Assembly (NCBI GenBank): GCA_002269645.1
Contig: NIVC01001514.1
Span: 62,001-126,000, forward strand
Direction: 5' to 3'
Length of the DNA stretch: 64,000 nt
DNA from: Macrostomum lignano
Taxonomy: Eukaryota
Part shown: one piece after another, positions 33,893 through 46,000 of the stretch
Numbering within the stretch: position 1 is the first letter of the stretch
Layout: the number at the start of each line of letters is the position of its first letter
Translations under genes and position numbers: made by a program
Notes under the pieces: model-generated
What the model was told of the DNA's origin: nothing
Seen by the model: the letters and a program-made list of their open reading frames with translations, nothing else
The model's database searches: none

Positions 33893-34356
33893 CAGGGGTC
33901 GGCAAACTCCGGTGTCAGGCCTTCGGAGCAGCTCTCTATCTGGCCCTCGGGTTTCATTGCAACTTCTTCTCCCCTCTCCTCTTTTTCTCCCCTCTCTCCC
34001 TTCTCTCCTCTCTCCTCTCTCTTCCCTCTTCCTTCTTTCCCCTCTCTCCTCTCTCCTCTCTTCTCTCCCTCTCTCTCCTCTTTTCTCTATCATCTCTCCT
34101 GTCTCCCCTCTCCTCTCTTCCATCTCCTCTCTCCTCTCCTCACTCTCCTCTCTCCCTTCTTCCGTCTTTCTCCCGTACTCTAGTATCCTCTTCTTTTTTC
34201 TTATACGGGTGTATATTCTCTCATCTTATCTCTAGCCTGTCTTTTCTCTCATCTCTCATCTTTCATAGTTCTCTCTTCTTTCCACTCTCATCTGACCCGC
34301 AGTCCTGAGCAGGATTCTTCATCTGGCCCTGAGGTTAAAGGATTTGCCAATCCCCT
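33893..34356. mobile_element. hAT/Charlie-like non-autonomous element with CT-rich interior
   Basis: Ends CAGGGGTCGGCAAACT and GGATTTGCCAATCCCCT; subterminal TGGCCC; flanks CTCTAGAG and TTCCAGAG (degenerate TCTAGA-type 8-bp TSD). Confidence 0.7.
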
Positions 34357-35470
34357 TTCCAGAGCATACAGATAGCTAAATGCACCAGCGATACGCCGAT
34401 GCGACAAATGCGTTCCTTGCCAACCTCCAGCTCATTTCTATAGGAAAACCGAGTCTACTTTAATTTTCCATGCGTCTATCATATAAATAAAACACTATTG
34501 AGGTGTTCTTAGGTTTCCTCTACGAGCGTATGCAGCAGAATGTGTTACTGAGGTCCATTCAGGCGTTTCGCAATATCTGAACTTTTAAATAGCCGAAATT
34601 TTCAAGTTTTTGGGCTATAGCGAAATTGACTTTTGGCTTGTAAAAGCCATCTGCCAGGGGGCGTAGCATGACACAGTCACACAGATGTGGCCATAATGAA
34701 CTTTTTCGAAGACTTGATTTTTGCAGCCTCAACAAACAGTTATCTGGGATGGGTTCAATATGCTAACTTAATACATTTCGACAAGCATATGGCTTCAAAG
34801 AAGTCAGTATCTAAAGAGTCAGTATAGTTAGTGCTGGAAACTGGAAGCGGGTTTTGGTTTCGCTTTTAAGACCTACTAATTATAATATATTTATCGCTCC
34901 AAAAACGCACAGCCAAATGCCAAATTACCCAGTCAGTGCAGTCGCTGAACTGCTATTGCTGGCATTCCGTAAAACCCATAGCTCGATGCCCTTTTTTGTC
35001 TGTATTTGTTATTGAAGTCGAAGATGCCCTCATTCATTATAGGGCTTGCCTGTAGGCTGTAGGGTACAAGCTTCCGTTCGGTACAAAGAAATTAGAACAG
35101 GCCTAGCCCTCGTTTTTTCCTAAGAATTCCAGAAGATCAACTTTTACACCGAGACAAGCAGCAGAGAGCTTTAATCATTAATTTAGTAGCTGTCCACGCG
35201 ACTACGCCGAAATATACCATATAATAATATTACTAATAACCGATTGTATTTTTGTAACTCGTAAGGGTGCTAGCCATGAATTCAAAAGTACATGCAAGAG
35301 AGCATCTCATATGCTTTAAAAAGGTTTGAAGAATTCAAATACTTGAATTAAAAAGCAAGTATCTATCGTAGATCTACGTAAATCGTACATGACTTTGCGA
35401 GTTGCGACTTTCATTTTCCTCCAGACCAGAGTCCGGACTCCAGAGGCTGATGAGGCTCCTGTAGGGCTCT

Positions 35471-35745
35471 CAGTGGCGTACGCAGGGGGGGGGGGGGGTT
35501 GACGAAGGTCCGTGGTGCGGCGGCCCACCAGGCTGAGTACCACCCATCCTTTACTGGCCATCCCATCCAACTTTGACCAACTGTCAAATCAATGAAATAA
35601 CAACAGATATTCGAATAACAGACAACTTGACAAGCCACATCACAAATGTAATCCGTTTCGTCACAATCAAACGGTAAAAGCAAAAAACAGCGAGTCTTTG
35701 AATTGACCCCCCCCCCCCAAATGGAAAATCCTGGGTACGCCACTG
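35471..35745. mobile_element. MITE with TIR CAGTGGCGTAC...GTACGCCACTG
   Basis: Perfect 11-bp TIR and subterminal poly-G/poly-C. AGGGCTCT lies on the left and again 7 bp past the right end (imperfect TSD). Confidence 0.75.
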
Positions 35746-35971
35746 AGGGGCGAGGGCTCTTTAATTCCATCCTAAAAATGAAATTGAAATTAAAGCAGCT
35801 TGCACACTGGGGTTGCTATTTTCGCCGGCCATTACGATTTCGGTTAATACCCCAACTTCGAATGTGACTTTTCGACAACTTTGTTATTAAAGCTACGCAT
35901 TCCTGATCCTGACCAATTAGTTTATTCTAGTTAGCTACAACAACAATTGCTAAGTTAACGGGCTAAAAACA

Positions 35972-36774
35972 ATGTGCAGCATACTGTGAACGGAACGGTG
36001 CTCTGCGCTGGCTCGGTGCTCCTGTTGGCGCTGTTGCTGCTGGCAGGTCTGGGCTTCCTGGATCGGCTGGCGGTGCCGCCGAAGCCGGACCTTCAAGCCA
36101 CCCTCAACTGGGGCAGCAGTGCGACCGGTGGCGGCGACAGCGAGGCGGTGAAGCCCATGAAGGTGTCGGTGAGCGACACTGACCTCAACAGCCTGAAGTC
36201 GCGTCTGCGCGCGTTCAAGTTTGTCGAGCCGCTGGAGAACTCGGCATTCGAATACGGGTTCAATGGCCGATTCATGCAGCAGGTGGTGACCTACTGGCTG
36301 GAGAAGTACGACTGGCGTCAGTGGGAGAAGAAGATCAACAGCTTCGAGAACTACTTGACGAGGATCGAGGGCCTGCAGGTACACTTTATGCACGTGAAGC
36401 CGAAGAAGGCGAAGAAGCGGGCACCGCTGCTGCTGCTGCACGGCTGGCCGGGCTCAGTGATCGAGTTCCACAAGTTGCTGCCTCTGCTGACGACGTCAGA
36501 CTCTGACGGCTTCGCCTTCGAGGTGGTGGCCGCCTCGCTGCCCGGCTTCGCCTGGTCGGAGGCTCCGAAGAAGCGAGGCTTCGACCCGTCCGCCGCTGCT
36601 CGGGTGATGGACAAGCTGATGGGTCGGCTCGGATTCCACAAGTACTACGTGCACGGTGGAGACTTTGGTAGTATCGTCGGTCACGTGATGGCGATAGAGT
36701 TCCAGGACCGTCTATTGGGCTTCCATACAAGCATGCCGATGCAGTCGTTTCGACACCCGTCGATTCTGCTGCAG
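35972..36774 (+). pseudogene. EPHX1: Truncated epoxide hydrolase pseudogene (copy 3; codons 1-266 of 475)
   Basis: ATG at 35972; CGA>TGA at codon 6 (35987-35989); 5-bp GAACG duplication; homology ends after HPSILLQ, so the catalytic His, acid and Tyr residues are missing. Shares GGDFG/QDRL with copy 2. Confidence 0.9.
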
Positions 36775-36784
36775 GTGTTCTGGT

Positions 36785-36952
36785 TCAAGAAGTAATAAAA
36801 GTTTCAGAGCAAATGATTGAAGCATTGAGACGTAGCGATAAATCAAATTTTTTGTTGATCAACGATCTTCAACCAAGATAAACCAAAACTTTGATTTATC
36901 GCTGCGTCTCAATGCTTCAATCATTTGCTCTGAAACTTTTATTACTTCTTGA
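36785..36952. mobile_element. Near-perfect 168-bp hairpin (foldback MITE-like) at the pseudogene breakpoint
   Basis: TCAAGAAGTAATAAAAGTTTCAGAGC...GATAAATCAAA mirrored by TTTGATTTATC...TTACTTCTTGA; arms about 63-69 bp with 1-2 mismatches. Confidence 0.85.
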
Positions 36953-37346
36953 CGCATGTCTCAGCTTTGCAATGACATCTTAGACACATGATTCCCTTTA
37001 GTATTTCCCGAGATATTTGCTTCCAAAATGTGTTTGTAAGGGGTGCCAATGAATTCGTCTTTTGACACACTTTGCATTCATGCCTATTTTTTTTTCTTTG
37101 GGACAGAAAATTTCTGCTTACAAATTGTTAAAGCTGAATATGGCGTCAGAGTAAGGAATGTATCCCGAAATATGAATTCATTTTTTGTTTGAATTATCTG
37201 CCCGAAGAAAAAAATATCTGTCGGGTGAATATCTGGGGTGGGTTGACACGTCTGCACGACAGATGACACGTTTTCATCCCGATAAGATCGGTCCGATTTG
37301 GTACATTTTTTTACGGATAAGATCGTTGCAACTGGGGTGATATCTG

Positions 37347-37604
37347 GGCCTTTTCATATTGCTTGTTCTGGTTCCAGAACCAGAACCAATTTGTGAAGTA
37401 TAACTTTTTGTCTCCATAACTAGAGGGAGATACGTGCTATAAAGTTTTTATCATTGAATGACAATCGCCAAGAAGAAAGTGAAAAATTGTGCTAAGTGAG
37501 GTTGTTACGGCAGTCAAACATTCAACAGAATTAAATAGTTATACTGCTGTTTTTCTTGGAAGATCCGAACCGATTCTGATTCTGGAATTGGTAATATGAA
37601 GCCT
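37347..37604. mobile_element. MITE, same family as 20256-20792
   Basis: GGCCTTTTCATATT...AATATGAAGCCT ends; GAACCAGAAC/GATTCTG motifs. Confidence 0.6.
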
Positions 37605-38275
37605 CTCTGTCGGGGAACCCACACATACTTAAGCTAAGCAACAGAGATTTTCAATGCAATGTGCAAATTGTGATTGGAATGGTGTAGGGGGCTAAGGCAG
37701 AAGCTAGCGGATTTAAAGGGGTGCGCGAGTTTGATTTTTTCCTATTGGTGATACATTTGTCGATTATAAAATAATCCAAAGCAAAGTGCCATAGACGTCT
37801 GTCTGTGCCCAATTCAAAGGGTCTGACCTATGTCTATGTACACAAGCGATATGTGAACATAACATACGTCATTCTACTCACAGTGACACCAGGAAGCTGG
37901 ATTTGGAAAAAATGTTACAAAAATTTGGTAAATGAGAGAACAAGCAAGAGGACAATTAGGGACTCCACGGGGTCTCCACCTTGTCCTTTGAGCACGCCAA
38001 TTGCGCCATATTTTTTATCAATGCTTTGAGCATGGCAAAAAAGCACGCCAAAAAATCTGGTGTACCATATGCACGCCAAAAATTCCGGCGTCTGCCACCT
38101 TCCTGACTATGGGTCCTTATGAGCTTAAGTTTATATAATTAGTCCCATGAATCATTAGGCCTAATGCAGTTAATGAATCATGCATACCTTTCTCATACTA
38201 CAATGAATAAATTAAATTGGCTACAAAATAGATATTTTATTGCTACTATATTTATTACAGTAATATTATTATTAA

Positions 38276-38900
38276 TGTAGCAGGGGGTTTCTCTCTATTT
38301 CTACTGGATCCCACAGCTGATACCAAGTTGTAGCAGGGTTATTCTACTTTCTAGCTTATAAATATTCCACCGCTGAATCACCGAGTTATTGTAGGCTTAG
38401 TCTCCCTTCTCTTAACTATCCCACCAAGTTGTAGCAGGCCTTCTGGCTCTCTCTATTTAATTCTAAAGTTTAATCACTGAACTGTCTAAATCTGCTAAGT
38501 TTGCTACTTCTAGGAATCATATTTCTATACTTACATGTTACGTTATGGGCTATAATCGTCGCTACGAATTACCCTTGGTAGCTTCAGTGCCCGAGCGGCA
38601 AGACACTGCTGACTACTGCTAAATTCCTACAATTATCCAGTCCAGACACGGCGTTTACCACAGACCGAGGGGTTTCCGGCTTCTTTAAGTGCTGTCTCTC
38701 ACGACTTAGAACTGCATCACACTAATCTGGAGCAGCCTGAAAATTCTCCCTTCCTGGGTAATCCAACCTTTACACTGAGTATTTCACCCTCTATACTGGG
38801 TATTCCACCCTCTATACTGGGTATTCCACCCTTTGACTGGGTATTCCACCCTTTGACTGGGTATTCCACCCTTTTACTGGGTATTCCACCCTTTTACTGG
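38276..38900 (-). mobile_element. Possible rearranged LTR-element remnant with PBS-like site
   Basis: Minus strand ...CTGCTACA-ACT-TGGTATCAGCTGTGGGAT (38308-38325). TGTAGCAGG recurs at 38276, 38329 and about 38430. 21-bp GGGTATTCCACCCT repeats at about 38790-38900. Boundaries are uncertain. Confidence 0.4.
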
Positions 38901-40599
38901 GCACAACGCTTGACCGGCAATTTCTGCTTTGACAAAACACTCGATCTTAATTCTATCCAACACGGTAACTTAGCTTGCAATACTGCTTCAAATAACTAAT
39001 TCAGAAGAACCAAGAAATCTTAATTTCCTGTTAACTGAGTTAGGAACCCGAAAGGTCGAGGTTAAAGAAACGTTCTATTTTGGCCTTATATTTATAGTAG
39101 TCAACGTCTAATTGGTTCGTGTAACATGCATTAAAACAACATCAAACTAAAACAAAATTATTTCGCCTTACTAAAACAAAATTTCTACGGTAAAACAAAA
39201 TAGTACATTAAAACAAATTATACAATAGTTGTTATTTTGGTGGGAATTCAACTTCAAAAATAATAATAATTTCCTAGAATAAAATATAAGCCCTTCTACA
39301 TTAATAATAAACATTTGTGTTACATAATTGACATTAGTAACAAATATAGTTTGGTTAGCTAAAGATTAAAAAATGTACATTCTATGCACTTTTGTTTTGG
39401 TAAGCCCTAGTCCTAGATTAAGGGTAAGCCTTAGGCAATAGGTTTTAAGCCTAGTTGATTTCTTTGTCTTCTTTCTAGATCTAGCACTCTCTACTTTGTT
39501 TACTCTACATTTTGCAAGTTTAAATATTTTTTGAAATTTTAACAAATTTTAAGGCCTAACAACCAACAAATAATAGAGTAGGCCTAACTAATAAACAACA
39601 GAAAGTTTATTAAACTAGTTTGGATTACTTAGACAAGAAAGACTATTTAGAAAAGTATGTTACTAAAGGTGTTATGTTTTGTGTGTATGGCAATGACACT
39701 ATAGAAAGTCCAAGTGGGTAGGCCTATCAACAGGGAATAATTGCAGGTTTTGGCCATAGACATAGCTAATAGCCATCCTAAACTAGTAGACAGATATAAA
39801 ATAGACTCACTGCCATGTTTTAAACTTATACAAGTTTAAATAGTTACTTGCAGTAAGTAAAGAAATAATTATTTTTTTAAAATAAATAAATGTAAAAAAC
39901 TAGAAGATTGCCAATAATTGTTTTAGAGCCAAAAATCTATTCTAGGCTTAGCATATATTTCCATTCTGGTGTTTTTTACAAAAACAATTAAGTATATAAT
40001 AGGCCTCCAGTTTTTATGGCAAGTTCTTAGAAAAGTTGAATTTTAAAAATGTATTACTGTTGTTTAACTCTGCAAATATTGAAAATATTTCTTATATACA
40101 AAATATTCCGAATATCCTATACTTTGTTTTAAATACTAGGAAAATTTTTGCTATAAATAGGAGTCAGCTGGGACTGGGAGCAGAAATAAATAACCTCGCA
40201 TCACCTGGTGAACCTTGTGAACCTTTCTTGTACCATTGTTTTGAACATTGATCAAGCTTTAAATCAGCCTTGGGCTTGTGATCACTCGTGTTACTTATTT
40301 CGAGTAGTAGATAGTAGTTAGGAGTTGCCCCAGAAAATTGGGAGTCCAGTCCGTTCTCAGAGAAGGAGAAATCCTAGACTTAGGAGTCTAGTAACCCGCC
40401 TTTAGGAGGCAGAGATCCTACCACAGGGTAGAGAAATCCAGGCTTAGAGTCTGAGAAACCCGCCTCAGGGCAGAATACCCAGCAAAGTGCGCTGTGACCC
40501 TCTGATCCCGGGAACACCCAGGACTGAGAGAATAATATCTTTAGAGGAATATAGGAATAGGATAGACAGTGCCTAAAAGGACTGCTCAGGCCAGAAAGT

Positions 40600-40730
40600 A
40601 CAATAGAAGTATAGACGCTACCAGTAAAAGTACATACGCTACCAGTAAAAGTACATACGCTACCAATAAAAGTACATATGCTACCAATAGAAGTACAGAC
40701 GCTACCAATAGAAGTACATACGCTACTAGT
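40600..40730. repeat. 21-bp tandem repeat (GCTACCA(G/A)TA(A/G)AAGTACATAC)
   Basis: About 6 units read directly. Confidence 0.85.
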
Positions 40731-41300
40731 AAAAGGCAAGTAATAACCAGCAATATTAACAAGAAGGAATAACCCCTGTAACAACTTAGTGACAGCGGTG
40801 AAATCATTTGTAGGGACAGAAGTAACCCCTATGACAAGTAGACCTAATAGTCATTTATATGTTTAGACTCAGACTTTGAAAATTAAATCTCACTTATATA
40901 TTTATAAAAGAATTTTAAAACAAAAATTAACACTAACTATGTTATTATAGTCAATTAAATAATTTAAGTTTTTAAATTTTAGAATTTGTATTATTTATTG
41001 TTTTTTTAATTCTTGATATAATTTTTTTGCTTTTTTACTTTATAATAAACATTCTTAGTTAAATACAAGCTGTTGAAACCCGCGGATTTTGAACCCGGGG
41101 AATTCCAATCCCCGGAACTACTTTTGCATGTATTCTGAAATCTAAGGTCATACACAAACAAAAACTTGTTAATAGTTAGTAGGATAGAGGTAGACATAAA
41201 ATGGAGCACATTCGTGTAAAATTAGGATTTGAAGCAAACATTGATATTGTTGGCTGGGTTACTTCACAGAATGTCAGGCAATGTCTGTCTGACTCTAAAA

Positions 41301-42802
41301 CATGTATTGGCAAACTCTGGCCTCTCCCTGACTCTCCCTATGTCCCTTGGATCCTTTAAAATTTCTATCGTCTCTTCTGTTTCCTCTCTTCTCTCTCGTC
41401 CCTCGTCTCTCGTCTCTCTTCTCTCATATCTTCCCTCATCTCTCTTCTCTTTCATCTCTCTTATCTCTTGTCTCTTCTCTCTTCTCTCCTCTCTCCTGTC
41501 TCCTCTCTACTTTTCGTTTTCTCTCTCCTCTCCTCTCTCCTATCTTCTTTCGTATCTTCCCTCATCTCTCTTCTCTTTCATATCTCTTATCTCATCTCTT
41601 CCCTTTTCTTTTCTCTCTCCTCTCCTCTCTCCTCTCTCCTCTCTACTTTTTCGTTTTCTCTCTTCTCCTCTCTCTCCTCTCTCTCCCTCTTCTCTCGTCT
41701 CTTCCTTCTCCTCTCTATTCTTTCCTCTCTTCTCTTAACTCTCATCTCTTTTCTTGTTTTATCTCTTCTCTCTCCCCTCGTCACTCGTCTCTTCCCTCAC
41801 CTCTCTTCTCTCTTGTCTGCGTTTTTATCTCTCCTTTCTCTTCTTTTATCTTTTCTCTTATCTCTTCTCGTTTCTCTCTGCTCTGCGCTCTCTCTCTCTC
41901 TCTCTCTCCTCTCTCCTCTCCCATCTCTCTTCTCCTCTCTACTCTCTCCCCTCTTCATTCTCCTATTTCCTCTTCTCTCTCCCTGTCTCTCCTCTCTCCT
42001 CTAGTTTCTGTAATCTCTTTTCTCTTATCTCTCCTCTGTTCTCTCTACTCTCCCATCTCTCGTCTGTTCACCCTCATCTCTGCCTTCTCATCTGTCATCT
42101 TTACTCTCTAATACGTAATCTCACTTATCTCCTCTGTACTCTTCTCTTTCACCTCTTCTGACTCCTCTCTTTCCTTACTCCTCTCTTCTTTTCTCTTCCC
42201 TCTTCTATACTCTCTCTCCTCTATTATCTTCTCTCGTCTCTCTGCACTCTCCTCTCACCTTTTTCATCTCTCATCTTTACTCTCTCATCTCTCCTTTCAT
42301 TTGTCTCATCTCTACAATCTCATCTCTCCTTTCTCCCCTCTCCTTACACCCCTCTCTTATCTCTATCTCTTCTCTTCTCACTCCTCTCTCCCCCTCTTAT
42401 CTCCTCTCTTCTCTATCCTTTCTACTCTCTCCTCTCCTCTTGACCCTCTGTCATCTTCTTTCTGCTCTCTCATCTCTACTCTCTTCTCACTCTTCTTTAC
42501 TCTCCTCTCATCGATCCTCTGTCTCATCGATCCTCTGTCTCATCTCTCCCCTCTTCTCACCTTTACTCTTCCTCTCTACACCTCCTCTCCCTCCTTTCTC
42601 CCCTCCTCTCGCTTCTTCCTCCCTTCTTCTCTGCTCTCTCCTCACCACTTGTCTCTCCTCTTATCTTCCATGTTTTCTCTTATCTCCCTCTCGCCTCTCC
42701 TCTCTTCTAATAGTCTATTCCTTCTCCTTTCCTCTCTCATCTGGCCCGCACATAAGCTGGATTCTTTATCTGGCTTTTGAAGTAAAAGTCTGCCGATCCC
42801 TG
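41301..42802. mobile_element. hAT/Charlie-like element with 1.4-kb CT-rich interior (related to 33893-34356)
   Basis: Ends CATGTATTGGCAAACT and AGTCTGCCGATCCCTG; subterminal ATCTGGCCC; pyrimidine-rich filler. Confidence 0.6.
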
Positions 42803-43434
42803 CTTCGAAAGCCAGTTTGTGGGACGTACTACTCTCATCGTTATTCTCATGCTTTGATCACGTCATCTTTCTTGCCAATTTGCAGCCCTAAAAGGAATTT
42901 GTGTATCTTCAGCTCCACTGCAGTCTGCATCAGTCTAACAACCAAGGAAATACGCATTTCTTAGGCCATTTAAATTTCAAAGTACTTTTAAGAGAAACTT
43001 AAAATTTCCATGGTGTGCCTAATTTAGTAGGGTTGTATTTCATTGCATCGCATCGCCTTTTCATAAATCTTTCGCTTTTACAAACCACGCTGGATTGCCT
43101 CGATTTGCCAATTGCCATCCAGTGTTAAACTGCTGCAGAGTTTGCCTATACAGAGGGGAGGGCAGTGGTTAGAATTTCTCACTAAACTGTTGTGGCTAAA
43201 CGTAGCCTCTCCACTCTCGGGGTGCAGAGAAGGCTATAAATAAAGTTATTCCAAAACACTGTACACTCGCTATGTACATTGAGCCCTATCGCCTGACCCT
43301 TCGTCTGGCTCTGGGGGAATGAGCGAGTGAGAGGCACAAACAACAGAAAAAGCAGACAAAATTCACATGCTTACAGTTTCTGTCCTGATTGAGATACAGA
43401 GTTGAGACTTTACATGTAGGCAGAGAATGAGTCA

Positions 43435-43950
43435 ATAAAGAATTGTGTCAAATTTGAAGTCAATCGCTTTACGTGGAGCAAACTTATGGCAGCCGAAAGT
43501 TAGTCATTTTAAAACCCATTTACACCCTTTGCCCAGATCGGGAAAGAGGCAGGCGGGCGGAGGTTGGGGTGGCTGTCTCGCTGAAAAAAACAGCCAAACT
43601 TTAAAAGTGCACAGCGCCGTTCAGGATTAACTTTGAGACTCGAAATTTTACACGATTGTGTCAAAATAGTTGAAAATTGATTGTGTCAAATTTGAAGAGG
43701 ATCGGTAGAAGTGGAGCGGCGCTAAGGAGGCTTTAGTAAAAAAATCGCGCATTTTGAGCAGTTTTTTGCACTTTTAGGTAGGAAGACTCAAATTTAGGAA
43801 ATTTAAAGGTAGCCTAAGACATTCTCCGTAGTAAGTTTAGGGTGGGTGTAAAATTTGGTGTCATTTGGTTGAGCGGTTTGGGAGTCCATAGCGATCAAAA
43901 TTGTCCACACACAGACAGAGTTTTGACTTTTATAGGTAGAGAGAAGATGT
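43435..43950 (+). mobile_element. Helentron/DINE-1-like non-autonomous element (HINE)
   Basis: 3' end AAATTTGGTGTCATTTGGTTGAGCGGTTT...CACACACAGACAGAGTTTTGACTTTTATAGGTAGA resembles DINE-1/HINE termini; internal repeated TTGTGTCAAATTTGAAG. Confidence 0.55.
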
Positions 43951-44305
43951 AGAATGTATACCAATCAAAAATATTTATGCTAATTTTGCTAATTATGCTA
44001 ATTATGCTAATTTTCATTTTTCAGTGATCATGACTGGTCACCTGCAATGGAGTCACAGTGGTGGGCACTGTTTGTTGGCTATGTTTCTAAATTTAGCCTT
44101 AAATGGCAGCCATTTTACCTGGCCATTCTGGACTAACTACTGACAATAGAACTACTACTGACTACTGCTGTGCATAAATCTAAACACATTGCAACACTTT
44201 GTGCAGTCAAATTAACAATCAGGTTCCTTGTTTGTATTTTGAAAAGGTGCCATTTAATCAAATAAAATAAGTTTTGGGATTTCTAAACAATAAATTAATT
44301 GGCTG

Positions 44306-45730
44306 ATGCCTGGTCAACGTGGAAAAACCCAATGTTTGGCTGGTGAGTTGTTTTATCTTAATCCTATGAACTTTATTTAGCTAATGTCTGTGTTTTTCCG
44401 GGTGAGAATTTTTGCGACTTACCTTGGCTGGGCCCCTCGACAGCCGGCCAGATCCACCAGGTGTTGGGCATGGTTGTATGCAGATGCTATGCGTGTAAAC
44501 GGCGCGAGTAGCCTTATATTAGTTATTTTTGAACATTTCCTCAAACTTGCAGACGTAACCATCAGTCAGTACGCCGACGCCAGGGACCCCATAGCCAGAC
44601 TTGCCAAGCGGGTGTCTGACAGGCGTTTAGTTTTAAGCCAACTTGCGGAAGAATCCGCTGGCACTATCGAGGACTTCGATGCTGAACTATTGTTATTCGA
44701 CGAACAAGAACTCGAGCAAGAGCATCAAGAAGACTTCGATGGCGAAAGCATCGAACCGCCGCGTGGTCGCTCAGCGATTCGTCAGCAGGCTAACAGCATC
44801 AGCGCCGGCAGGGCTGAGCAGTCAGCAAAGGTTTACCCGGCCCTGCTCTGGCAGCTGATCGGCGAATACATTCACCCGGAGTCCGTGTCCGCCTTTGCCA
44901 GCCTGTGCCGCGATGCTCGTCAGGTTACTCAGCAGCGCTCGTTCTGGCGCCGGCTCTACCTGCGCTGGGCTTGGAACCCTGCCGCCCAGGCCGATGTCGA
45001 GGCGCCGCACGAGCTGCAACGATCGGCCATTCTCGCCTGCCAGCTCGGCGTCCGGCCCCGGGTCATCCGCGCTCTGCATCGCTGGCACTTCGGCGTCACC
45101 GACTACTGCTGCCGCTGGCCGTCCGGTGGTCGCGCGCCGCCGACCGGGTTGCGATTTCAACGATTCGCCGTCTCGCCGTCTCGCCGTCGCCTGCTGGTTC
45201 TGTTCCAGCGAGGGCCGCCGCCGCCGGCACCGAAACCGCCACCAGACAGCTGGGAAGATGAGGCTGTCGGCCTAGCGGCTCTGGTCAACGCGGAGGCTGA
45301 GCGATCGATAGAATCTAATTCCATCCGAGACCAATACCGCTGCCCAACTGAGGGCCAGTGGCTTCTGGTTGCCGATCTGGATAGCTGCGGCCTGCCGCCG
45401 CACTGCCTTGAGGATCTGCTAGCGATGGATCATCGGTACCTGATGACCGGGTTAAGCTGCCTGACGGCTTTCAGCGGCGGCTGCGGTGGCGTCGGTAAGT
45501 TTACTGGTTCGTCATCTGGCGCGGCCAGCTGCTGGTGCGAGCTGACTGTCCGGGCGGCGCAGTCAGGCGATTGTCGGTCAATTCGATTCGCTTGCACATC
45601 GGCGCCGCGACTCTTGCCTTGGTGGCGACCGGGCTTCCTGCCTGCGCTGAGGGAATCGTCTGGCGTGGCAGCTGCTGCCGGTGATGAAGATGGAGATGGA
45701 GGTGGAGCCGACGAACTGGCGGGCTGGTGA
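44306..45730 (+). CDS. TMEM183: TMEM183 family F-box-like protein. Exons 44306-44342 and 44553-45730; about 404 aa.
   Basis: GT-AG splice gives MPGQRGKTQCLADVTISQYAD (cf. MPKRGK...VTVADYAN); F-box-like YPALLWQLIGEYIHPESVSAFASLCRDA...FWRRLY; RPRVIRALH; C-terminal LPWWRP. Confidence 0.85.
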
Positions 45731-45749
45731 CGGCCAGAGTGACGCGAGA

Positions 45750-46000
45750 GGGTGATCGATCTGAAGTGAACTTGGAGTGATCGATCTGGAGTGAAATTGG
45801 AGTGATCGAAGAGGAGTGACATTAGAGTGATCGAAGAGGAGTGACATTAGAGTGATCGATCTGAAGTGAAATTGGAGTGATCGATCTGGAGCGAACTTGG
45901 AGTGTTCGATCTGGAGTGAAATTGGAGTGATCGATCTAGAATGAAATTGGAGTGATCGAAGAGGAGTGAAATTGGAGTGATCGATTCGGAGTGAAATTGC
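45750..46000. repeat. About 25-bp GATCGATCTGGAGTGAAATTGGAGT minisatellite
   Basis: Read directly, starting just after the TMEM183 stop. Confidence 0.9.

Noticed and set aside
35447-35760. Hammerhead-like CTGATGA plus stem GCTCCT/AGGGGC split by the MITE
   Set aside because: The required GAAA is absent (GAGG) and stems I and III were not found.
40380-40807. ORF with SVCTSIG repeats and a hydrophobic LLVAYVL repeat ORF
   Set aside because: Product of a 21-bp tandem repeat; no splice or homology support.
44415-44430. ACTTACCT resembling the U1 snRNA 5' end
   Set aside because: No further U1 structure or Sm site; it is simply the complement of a splice donor.
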